Shown piece after piece: positions 30,040-39,823 of a DNA stretch of 64,000 nucleotides. The notes beneath the pieces are model-generated. The model had not been told where the DNA came from. It saw only the letters and a list, made by a program, of their open reading frames with translations, and ran no database searches. The stretch comes from an uncultured Verrucomicrobiae bacterium. Its GTDB lineage: Bacteria; Verrucomicrobiota; Verrucomicrobiia; Limisphaerales; DSYF01. A program made the translations under genes and the position numbers. The DNA is taken from the NCBI GenBank assembly GCA_963751435.1, contig CAVVUP010000028.1, forward strand, positions 42,608 to 106,607. The letters are read 5' to 3'. Within the stretch, counting starts at the first letter, position 1. Every line of letters begins with the position of its first letter.

Positions 30040-33000
30040 TCAGTTGCCCAGCCACTTTAGCCGGTAGAATGCCGATGTCCACCCCTCGGGCGGAGTGTCG
30101 GTGACCGTGATGCGGGCGTTGGCGTCCGGCACCACGTTCTGGTAACTCGAAAGTGCGGCCCATGGCCCGCTGGTCGTCGGCGCCCGCTCTACGTCGTAAT
30201 GCCACCCGTGCACCGCTTGGAAGATGACCGTCACGGTCCCGTTCGTCACCGTGATTTCCTGGGCCGCCCCCACCGGCTGGCTGTCCACCGCGATGGTGAG
30301 GTTGGCTGAGGCACTGATTCCACCCCGCGCGTCATGCACCCGGTAGGTCAGCGTGTCGGTCGCATTGCTTCCCGACGCCGGGGTGTAAAGCAGGTAGGTA
30401 CCGTTGGTGGTCACCGTCGCTCCCTGACTGCCGGTGCCGGTCAACTCGAAAGCCATGACGGAGTCGCCATCAGTGCTGTCCGGATCACTGCATGCGGCCA
30501 GCAAATCGCTGAGCTTGATGCGGAGGGGCTGTCCGTAGGACCGGATCTGATTCGCGGCGGGAGCGACCGGAGCCTGATTAACCCGCACGCGCCCCTCGGT
30601 CGAGAGCCGTCCCGTCCACCAGTTCAGCCCCGTCCCCAGGGACGGAAGGTCGAGGACGGCAAAGCTGCCGCCCAGTGAAACGGCGTCAAACAAATCGAAG
30701 TCCTCGCCACCCGTGAGCGCCGCGCCGACATTGGCGACAGTGAGCGTGCCGCCGAAGGTGAGACTGCCGCCGCTGCGCACCAGCTTGTCGGCATTCTGCA
30801 GAGTGGCGCCCCTGTCAATTTCCATCAACGTCACGCCGTTCAGAACCGGGCTGCTGCCCAGCGTGAGCGTGCCGATCGAGGCGCCGGGGGACAAAGTAGC
30901 GCCAGAATCGACCGTCACCGCGCCGCCGAGGGTGCCGCTGCCGCCCAAGCTGGCACCCGAGGCGACGGACACCGCGCCGCTACCAATGATGCCATTCACC
31001 AGCAACGTGCCGTTGCTGACGGTGGTCGCACCACTGTAAATGCCCGCCGGACTGCCGCCGCCGTAGAGCGTGAGAGTTCCAGCACCCAGCTTGGTGAGCG
31101 TGCCTGCCCCGCCCTCATCCACCAACGTGTAATGGATGCCGATGTTGTGTCCCGCCGTGTCGAAGATCGCGCCCGCCGGCTTCACAAAGATGACATTCCA
31201 ACTTTCCCAACCGTTCATGGTGATGAAGTTGTCGGTATCGGCGGTGGCCACGATGCGAGTGCCGCCGAGATGCATCGAGCCGCCGGCTTGATTCCACACC
31301 ACCATGGAGGCGGCAATGGACGGCGTCCGGAGCGTGCCGCCGGAGAGATTGAACCGTGATGCCAAACCGGAAACGCTGAGGCCGCTGCTCAAGGTCACGT
31401 CGGCGTTATCCTGAAATTGAACCGTCTGCCAGGTTTGTGCGCCGATCGAGCTCATCGTGACTACGGCGTTGCCGCCGAAGGTCAAAGTGCCGCCATTCAC
31501 CGCAGCACTGCCCAGCGAACTGGTGCCAGCGGTGAAGGCGAGCGTGCCGCCGTTGACCGCGGTACTGCCGCTGTAGGTGTTGTTGCCGGAGAGTGAGAGG
31601 GTGCCGTTGCCGGACTTGGTGAAGCCGCCATTTACCAAGGCACCACTCAGCGTGATGTCGCCTGCCCCGCCAAGCTGCGGAGTGGTCGTGCCGTTAAACG
31701 TGACCGTTCCGGCATAGCTCGCAGCGGTGTTGGTGTTTTGGTTCGCCAAGTTGCCGTTGTTGAGCATGATGCTGCTGACGGTGATGCCGGTCTGGCCGTT
31801 GAGGTCGAGTGTGCCGCTGTGAACCTGGGCGGTCTGGCCGTTCGGGCCAAGAGCAGTGGCGCTGAGCAGTTTCACCGTGCCCGCATTGCCCGTGGTGCTA
31901 TGTCCGATGATGGTCGAGTTACTGTCGGTGTAGGTAGAACTGTTGTTGCCGCCGAGTTCGACGGTGGCATTGCCATCGCCGCCTATCCACACGCGGCTGC
32001 CACCGCCGCCGGTCAGGTCCATGGTGAACGTGCCGCTCTGGAGGTAGGCGTTCCGTCCGTTGAGATTGATCGTGCCATTGTTGATGGTGCCGACCGCGCC
32101 ATTTCCAGCGCCACTGCCATTCAGATCGCCGCCGAGAGTTTGCGAGGTCGAGCCGAGATTGAGGGTCGCGCCGTTCCTGACAGCCAGTGATCCGCTGCCA
32201 AGGGTGCCGCTACCGGAGATTTGGAGCGTTCCGTCGTTAACCGAAGTTCCCCCGGTGTAGCTGTTGTTGCCGGAGAGGTTGAGCGTGCCGGAATCAGCTT
32301 TGGTGACACCGCCCGCCGATGCCCCGTGACGGTTGTGCATTGCGCCGCTGATGTTGAGGGTGCTGCCGCTGCCCACGCTGAAGGTTTGCGTGCCGGTCAC
32401 CGCCAGATCAGCCGAGATAGTCGAGCTTGTGGCTCCCCCGGCCGTCACTTGGGAAGCGATGGTAAAATTCCCCCAGTCGGCACTCGGCCCACCGCTGCCG
32501 GTCACCATGCCGCCATTAAGCGTGAGGCCCTCCAAAATACCATTTCCAACCGTGCTGGAATGGAGCGTGCCGCCCGCGTTGACGGTGATGGAACCGGCCG
32601 ACCGTCCGTCAAACCACGGATTGCTCGATCCTGTCGCCCAAGGCACCGTGGCCCGGAGCGTGCCGCCGTTGCCGATGGTGATCGACCCCATCCGGATAAA
32701 CTGGCTAGTGAACTCCACGATCCCGCTCACAATGTTCAGGCCGCCGGAGAGATTTTGATAATAGACATTGGCATTGTTGTCGCCGGCACCGGCATAGAGG
32801 GAAAGCGTACCCGCACCCTGCTTGAGCAACCCGCCGTTGGAGAGCGCTGATTGGATGGTAGCGTTGACGACCGTGTGGATGATGCGCGTGGCACCGCCAA
32901 AATCAAGGGTGCCGTTGGCGAGGGTATAGTTGCCGGAGCCGGTGCTATTGAACCACAGGCTCTTGGGTGTCACGGAACCGGAGATCGTGACCGTCCCGGC

Positions 33001-33828
33001 GGTGCCGGTGCCGACCCCGAAGATGGCGTCGTTGTTGTCGGCCCAAGTGACCTGACTGCCATTCCACCACTTGTTGGCATCGCCCCACGTCCCGCTGCCG
33101 TCCACGGCACCGCCACTACCATCGCCGCCATTCCAAGTCCAAGCGCCTGCCGGCGGAGTGCTGGGGGTGGTAAAGGAGACCGCCAGCACCGGGCGATAGG
33201 CAGCCGTGCCATTTTCCTTCGAGGCAAAATGCAGACCGCTGGTGGTGCCTGAATTGATGATGATGAGGCCGTTGTTGGCGTAGGTGCCATTGGCCCAGTC
33301 CTGCGCCAGCCCCGTCACATCCCACGTGATCGCCTCGCCGACACCAGGATTTGCGGTGGAACTGGCCCGGACCGTCCCGTCGTAATCGCCGCCGCCCGTG
33401 GCCCAAGAATTGGCGCCGTTATATCTGTTCCACGTCACGCCCATTTCGGTCCATGCCTGCGTCAGGCGGTAGATGCTCATGGTCTCCCCGGTCGGATTGC
33501 CACCATACGGGTTGGTCACATGCAGCGTGAGCGCCGCCGAGTTGAGGGTCGCCCCGACCGGCACCGGGAATTGCAGCAGACTGCGATCTCGGGCTTGGTA
33601 GATGGCAATGTCGCCCCCAGCGCCGTCATTACTATCGCGCCCCCAATCAGCATTGAAAACGCGGCTGTCTGCAATGGGGCTGAGATTCAGTGTCCCGGTG
33701 TCGGCGTGGGAGGCAAGGCCGGCAAGCAGCGTCGCGGCGGCGACAATGGTCACACCGGTCACCCGCGCGCAGCGGACCTGGGGGTTCATTTCTGAAAACG
33801 CGAGATAGGATTTCGAGATCGGGTTCAT
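30040..33828 (-). CDS. Giant secreted protein: DNRLRE-like N-terminal domain + many autotransporter-associated beta-strand (PATR) repeats + cadherin/Ig-like C-terminal modules
   Basis: The ORF is intact (1290 aa in the track; start taken at MNPISKS, 33828). The N-terminus has ADSRVFNADWGRDSNDG...RSLLQFPVPVGATLNSAALTLHV...YRLTQAW. GxGTLTLxGxNTYxGxTxVxxGTL repeats run throughout. The C-terminus ends AFYRLKWLGN. Confidence 0.8.
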   Translation of the reverse strand: MNPISKSYLAFSEMNPQVRCARVTGVTIVAAATLLAGLASHADTGTLNLSPIADSRVFNADWGRDSNDGAGGDIAIYQARDRSLLQFPVPVGATLNSAALTLHVTNPYGGNPTGETMSIYRLTQAWTEMGVTWNRYNGANSWATGGGDYDGTVRASSTANPGVGEAITWDVTGLAQDWANGTYANNGLIIINSGTTSGLHFASKENGTAAYRPVLAVSFTTPSTPPAGAWTWNGGDGSGGAVDGSGTWGDANKWWNGSQVTWADNNDAIFGVGTGTAGTVTISGSVTPKSLWFNSTGSGNYTLANGTLDFGGATRIIHTVVNATIQSALSNGGLLKQGAGTLSLYAGAGDNNANVYYQNLSGGLNIVSGIVEFTSQFIRMGSITIGNGGTLRATVPWATGSSNPWFDGRSAGSITVNAGGTLHSSTVGNGILEGLTLNGGMVTGSGGPSADWGNFTIASQVTAGGATSSTISADLAVTGTQTFSVGSGSTLNISGAMHNRHGASAGGVTKADSGTLNLSGNNSYTGGTSVNDGTLQISGSGTLGSGSLAVRNGATLNLGSTSQTLGGDLNGSGAGNGAVGTINNGTINLNGRNAYLQSGTFTMDLTGGGGSRVWIGGDGNATVELGGNNSSTYTDSNSTIIGHSTTGNAGTVKLLSATALGPNGQTAQVHSGTLDLNGQTGITVSSIMLNNGNLANQNTNTAASYAGTVTFNGTTTPQLGGAGDITLSGALVNGGFTKSGNGTLSLSGNNTYSGSTAVNGGTLAFTAGTSSLGSAAVNGGTLTFGGNAVVTMSSIGAQTWQTVQFQDNADVTLSSGLSVSGLASRFNLSGGTLRTPSIAASMVVWNQAGGSMHLGGTRIVATADTDNFITMNGWESWNVIFVKPAGAIFDTAGHNIGIHYTLVDEGGAGTLTKLGAGTLTLYGGGSPAGIYSGATTVSNGTLLVNGIIGSGAVSVASGASLGGSGTLGGAVTVDSGATLSPGASIGTLTLGSSPVLNGVTLMEIDRGATLQNADKLVRSGGSLTFGGTLTVANVGAALTGGEDFDLFDAVSLGGSFAVLDLPSLGTGLNWWTGRLSTEGRVRVNQAPVAPAANQIRSYGQPLRIKLSDLLAACSDPDSTDGDSVMAFELTGTGSQGATVTTNGTYLLYTPASGSNATDTLTYRVHDARGGISASANLTIAVDSQPVGAAQEITVTNGTVTVIFQAVHGWHYDVERAPTTSGPWAALSSYQNVVPDANARITVTDTPPEGWTSAFYRLKWLGN

Positions 33829-34116
33829 GGGTTTGGTTCCTTGAGTGGTGGGACGGGCGATGGCCCGCGCTAACGCGATCACAACTTTGACATCAGCACA
33901 AACTTCGTTCACGACAGGTGAAATGGATAATCGAGGTTCATTTTGTCAGGCTTTTCACGGCTGCCAATGGCGAAACCCAACGTTTTCATGTCCTTTCTTC
34001 ACACAATTGGGCGTTTAACCGGGCAGGAGGTCAGACAAGAGCCTCAGATCGCCAGAGGTCAGAGAGATGCCCAATGGGGACAGGCGATGCTGTCCCATGC
34101 CTCTGTGCGTGCACCC

Positions 34117-37100
34117 TTACTGGGACAGCCGGAAGAAGACGCTGCCTTTCGTCGGGTCGACTGTCACGCTGACCGGACTGGTGCCGCCGCCGGGATAATC
34201 AAACCAGTTCGTGCCGAAACCGGTGCCCAGGCTGTTGGTCTGCGACTGGAGTTTGAAACTGCCCGTCCAGGAGAACCGCAACGCGCCGCCACCGAGGTTG
34301 GTGAGCGCGAGCGTCGGCGGCGGGATGACCGCCAGGCTCAAAGTGCCCGCTGGCCGGGGCGAAGGTCGGCATGACACCCCCCACGGACGGTTGGAGGACA
34401 ATGTTCGTGAAGTTGCCCGTCTTGGTGCCCGAGGCGGTGAACAGGTTGAAGGTTTCGCCGCCCACCCAGGTCGCGCCGGTGACGTTCGTCACGATGAGCG
34501 TCCCACCATAGGTGATGTTCGTCACCCCAAGGACGCGGTCACAGACCGGCGTGGCGCCGGATTTGCCGATCTGGAAGCGCGCGGTGCCGCCGAGCACGAG
34601 GTCGTTGCGGATGGTGAGAACTTCGTTGAGCGCGATTGAAATTCCCGGCTCCAGCGTCCCGTCGGAAACCCCCACCGGTCCGTTGATGACGCCGGTGCCG
34701 TCGAGCGTGCCGCCGGTGTTGGTCACCGCCGTGTTCGCCAAAACACCGGTTACGCGCAGCGTGCCCGCGTTGATCGTCGTGGAGCCGGTGTAAATGTTCG
34801 TGCCGGAAAGCGTCCAGGTGCCGCTGCCGGATTTAATTAGGTAAGTGCTCGACGGACTCGATCCGCCGCCAATGACGCCGCTGACCACGCCGTCACCGCT
34901 GCCGAGCAACTGCCAGTAACGTCCGGCCAGACTGTTGTTCAACGCACCGGAGACAGTGAGCAGACCTGCTTGCGATTCGAGGTTATACATGTTGCCGCCC
35001 GTGTCGGTCTGCATCGCTCCGGTCCAGGTATTCGTGCCGGAAACATTGCGCAGGTGCGGCGTGTCGGCGTTGTTGCCCTGCTTGCCGACGAGGGTCAAGG
35101 CTTCACCCGCAATCACCAGATTGGTGCCGGCCAGTTCCAGCGTGGCGGGGCTGTCTCCGCCCTGAACGGACGTGCCGCCGGCGGAGGTGCCCAGCGCACT
35201 GCTGTGCGCGATCCGCAGTTTGCCGTTCCCGACCGCCGTGGTGCCCGTGTAGGTGTTTCCCTTGGTGAGCGTGATGGTGCCGGAGCCTTCCTTGGTCAGG
35301 TTGCCCGTGCTGCCGCTGTTGGCAATGGTGCCGTCAAAGGTGCTGCTGCCATTGGCCACGCCGATGGTGAAGTCCGTGTAGCCAGCGCCATGCCATAGCC
35401 GGTCTTGATCGTGCCAGTGCCGCTAATGCGATTCACCCGTACGTTCGGCCTCCACACCGTCGAAGATCGCGCCCGCCGCCACGTTCAAGTCGGACTGGTT
35501 GGCGTCCCAATCCTCGTTGCCGTTCGATCCGCCGGTCAACGTGCCGCCCTGCACATCAATCAAGGCGCTCGAACCGAGCGCAAACGTCGCGGCAGTAGTT
35601 CCCCAATACGCCCGATTCGCGCCGGATTTTCGGAGTGTGCCGGAGCCGGAGAAGGCCGTCGAACCGTAGTTCTTCTCGCCGGTGGCGGTGTTCAATTCCA
35701 GCACCGCGCCGGAAACGATGGTGTGGGCTGAACTCGAGTGGTTGTTGCTGATGACCAAGGTGCCGGCGCTGACCGTGGTCGGCCCGGTGTAGGTGTTGGC
35801 ATTCGAAAGCGTCAGCGTGGCCGGGCCACTCTTCCAGCAGACCACCGTTACCGCTGACGGTTTGAGACAAGGCCCGGGTGGCTTGAAGGTTCAGCGCGAA
35901 CACGCCGTTGTTGCTCGCCACAATGCTCGTGGAACCTGCCAGGGCGCCGTCAGCTACGCCGTCGCCGAGTTGCAGCACGCCGTCCTTGATGGTCGTGACG
36001 CCCGTGTAGGTATTGGTGCGGCTCAGAACAACCGTGCCGGCGCCCAGCTTGGTCAGCCCGGCGGAACCGCCCACCACCGTCGCCACCACCCCGGTTGCGC
36101 CACCTTGGGCAGACAGATCAGGAGTCGTTCCGCTCAAGGTCAATGTGTTGCTTTGAATCGTGGCAGAGCTGTTGAACGTGACACTGTTGGCCATCATCCC
36201 GGGTGCCAGATTGATGGTGCCGGACGGGCCGCCGATGATCGCTTTGTCACTGCCAGAGTTGGGCCAGAGCGTGCCCAAGCCCCACCAGTTCGGCGTGACC
36301 GTGTCCCAAGTGCCGTTGCCGACGAGCCAGTGGTAGGCGGTGGGGGCGCCGTTGCCGATGGAGACGGTGAACGAGGTGGGCGTGGCCCATTCGCCATCCA
36401 TGACGAACAGCGTGATGACGGCGGACCCGCCCAGGCTGCCCGTCGGGGTGATCGTGACGGTGCGATTGGTGCCGGTGCCGCTGAGGAAAATGCTGTTGGC
36501 CGGGACCAGATTCGTGTTCGAGGAGGAGACGGTGACATTCAGACTGTCGACGGCGGTGTTCGGGTCACCGATGATGAAGGGAATCGGCCCGGTGGACATG
36601 TTGGTGCTGACGACTTGATCCGCCACGGTGCTGATGGTGGGCGGGTCGTTGAAGATGCCCATGTCCCGGCGCATGGCGGCGACGACCATCGGGCTGACCT
36701 GCCGCGCCTTGGTGGAATCCTCGTTGGGGTAATTGATGTTGTAAGGCCAGAAGTGGGCGCGGGTCGCAGCCGATCCTGCTGTTATGGTCAATCTGGTAAA
36801 CAAGGTTGTTGGCGTGCGGCCCCAGCCACTGGCCGTTGGCGCGGTGGTAATCCCATTGCCCGGCCGTGCCGGTGCCCATGACGTGCGTCATTTCGTGAAT
36901 CGCCGTGCGGGTGCTGATCGAACCGCCAAATGTGATGGGGCCTCCATGCCCCGCGTTGGCCGTCGGAACGCTGGAGTTGTATTGGATCTTGATGTTGCCC
37001 CCCAAACGTCCGTAAGTGCCATAGGCGTTGTAATAGGAAAGGCAGCCATTCATGGAATTGGTGATGGCCGTTTCCTTGCCGGCTGGCCAACTCTCCTCGC

Positions 37101-39525
37101 CGCTGGTGTAATACGTCAAGGCCGTGGGTCCCGTGGAGGCGGGGCCGCCCACGATCAAACTGCCCCGGCCGAAGAAATATTCCGGATGCGTCGTGCGATT
37201 ATACACGCCGGCCGGCATGGTCACGCCGTTGATGACCAGGGCTCCCACCTTGTCGGTGTCGTCATGCCACAGGTCAAGGATACCGCCGCGATTGATGATC
37301 ACGGTCGCGGTGTCGGACAGCGTCGCGCGCATGACGCGCAGGACGCCCTGCTCCACGATGGTGTTGCCGGTGTAAGTGCTGCCTTGCGCCCAGCAGGGAC
37401 CATCTGCCCGGCGCCGCGCTTGATGACGGAGCAGCCGCCCGTGATGGCCTTCCAGAAATGCCCGATGCCCGCGCCGGTGAAGATCAGGGTGGGATTGCTG
37501 TTGTAAACGAACGCCGCCGTCCCGTTGAAATCGTGCAGGAACCAGTCGGCACCCGCCGCCGTTTCAAACGTCGCGCCGCCGTTGACGGTCACGCCCCGAC
37601 CGTAGCCGGTGATGCCGTTCATGCGGATCGTCCCGCCGTTCACCACGAGGTGCTCCGGGCCGTTGCCCAGCAGCCCCAGCGAATCGTCGTTGTGCATCCA
37701 CCACTTATCCAACTCGAGGGTGGCCCCGGCGTTGACGGTGACGACCGCGATTTCATTGGCGGTGCCGTAATACAGCCGGCCATTGCCCGTGACCGCGAGC
37801 GTGCCGCCGTTGACGGTGACATTGCCCACGAAGGTGTTAGTCGTGTTCAAGGCAAGCCGCCCGGCGCCTTGTTTGGTCAGTCCGGTTCCCCCGGCAATGC
37901 CGCCGCTGCCGCTGATCGTGTAATTGCGCGTGGCGTTGCTCACCGTGATGCCGGAAGGGGTGACCGTGTTGGTCAGCGTCACCGTGGTATTCCCGGAAAG
38001 ATACGTCTCGTCGAAGATCACGGCGTCGCCGGCAGTGCCCGGCTCCTGATAGGCGGTGGCCGCGCCCCCGGCGTCCTTCCAGTTTGGCGTGTTGGTGTTC
38101 CAAACCCCAGCGCCGCTGGTCGCCCAACGGATGGGGGCGTTGGCGTTGGAATCAATGACCAGATAGAGCGTGTTGCCCGACACCAGCAGATGGCCCGTGA
38201 CAGGGCGCACGCTTAACACGGTCACATTGGTCGGCGTCAGACCGGAGACACTCGTCCACGCTATCAGGGGATATTGGGTTCCGGGGGTGCCGTCGAGGTT
38301 GCCGCCCGCTTTGACGGTCAACGCCGGCCGGGTGGTGAAGGTGGCGGCGCCGAGGACTTTCAGCGGGGCCACCGTCAGGCTGGGAGCGACGCCAACAAAG
38401 TTGAACTCCAGATCGGACCGGGTGCCGGCGTTGTTGACGGTAAGGCTCGCGCAAGCCCACTGGCCGCGCCGCGTTCACCGTTGAGACTCCGAGCGTGGCG
38501 GCATTTCCGGCAGTGGCGGCGAGGCTCACGGCGCTGTTGGAACAGGCACCGCTCGTCGCCATCACCAATTTCCCGGCATTGATGGTGGTGGCGCCGGCGT
38601 AGGTATTGACGCCGGACATGCTCCAGGTGCCGGTGCCGGTTTTCAACACGGCCGGCGTGTTGGCGTTGTCGAGCACGCCGCTGAAGAGGTTGTCGCCCGT
38701 GGAACTGCCGCTCAAATCCAACGCGCGACCGCCGGTGCTGGCCGTGATGTTGCCCGTCAGTTTGAGACTCCCGCCGTCGCTGATGATTTTCGTATTCCCG
38801 TTGCCCAACGTCATCGTAAAGGAGCCGGCGATGGTGTTGTCTCCGGCAAGGTTGCGGACGACGCCCGAAATACCGCTGGTCGTGAAATCAATGGTATCGG
38901 GCAGGAAGATGTCGCCGTCGGAACCATCGAGTTCCAGCATCTTGGTCAGGGAGGCCGCAATGGTCATGGTCTTGGCTCCCGCGCCCAGGCCGGCGGCCTG
39001 GGTAATACGAAGATTCCCGGCGCCGAGGTTGATGTTACCGGTGAACGTGTTGGCTCCGCTCAAGGTCAGCGTGCCGCTCCCTGACTTATTCAAGCCAGCC
39101 GTGCCGGCGAGAACGGATGAAACACTGGCGTCGGCATTGTTCACGAAGGTGGGCGTGGTGCCGCCCAGACTGAGGGTGTTGCCGGCAATGGTGTAGCCCG
39201 CCGCATTGAAGGTGATGGTATTCGCCGTGAGGTTGGTGGTGAGCGTCACGACGCCCACGCCCGTGGCGCCAAAAATGGCGCTGTCCGGGGTGGCACTGTT
39301 CCAAAGCGGCCCGCCCCAGTTGGAGTCGGTCTCGTTCCAGTCCATGCTGACCGCGCCGGTCCAGGTCAGGGTGGCGGCCTGCGTCGGCTGCACGGTCAGA
39401 ACCAGCAACCCCGCGGACGCTGCAACAATCAGTCCAGCCAGCCACTGGGGCCGGTTGGAGCGGTTCTGAAAGGAAACTTCCGGATCGGTAGGGCCGCACT
39501 GGGCGCGGCCGGGGCGTCGAGGCAC
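34117..39525 (-). pseudogene. Giant PATR-repeat surface protein with an embedded HExxH (HEMTH) metalloprotease-like module, interrupted by ~7 frameshifts
   Basis: Seven consecutive minus-strand ORFs join colinearly: 38152..39753, 37299..38372, 36565..37356, 35556..36803, 35423..35845, 34199..35359 and 34117..34401. My hand translation places the junctions at ~38460, ~37390, ~36780, ~35836, ~35447, ~35395 and ~34347. Examples are SGNGGLL|KSGPATLTLSNANTYTG and APASG|TLSLAVIPPPTLALTNLGGGALRFSW. HEMTH lies at 36883-36897. The start is uncertain; a GTG at 39525 precedes the leader NRSNRPQWLAGLIVAASAGLLVLTVQPTQA. Confidence 0.75.
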
Positions 39526-39823
39526 CGACGCCCTGCCGGAACGGAAGCCACTGCCGACAATCAGTCTAATGGCGCAAACACTCGACGCCGAACAGGTCCG
39601 ATTGGATCGCGGTAGAATCGGGGGAGCCGGAGGGCGGAAAGCAGATTTCGGTTTCACTGCCAATAATTTGAGCCAGCGCATTTGGTTAAAAGTTAGCAAC
39701 TGTCGCCACCCGGACAAGGCCCCCGCTATCATCCTTTTGGACGATGGGCGCATCTGGGCCGCGCCCGGATGGGCTCCTGGGGGATGGCTGAAGACAGGCC
39801 TCCTGGTTCACCCCTTGAAAGGC

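Noticed and set aside
34028-34068. Direct repeat GAGGTCAGA x2 (27-nt spacing) upstream of gene 30040..33828, sharing AGGTCA with the ORF6N palindrome
   Set aside because: These are only 9-bp repeats and the similarity to the palindrome is 6 bp. That is too short to distinguish from chance without genome-wide motif statistics.
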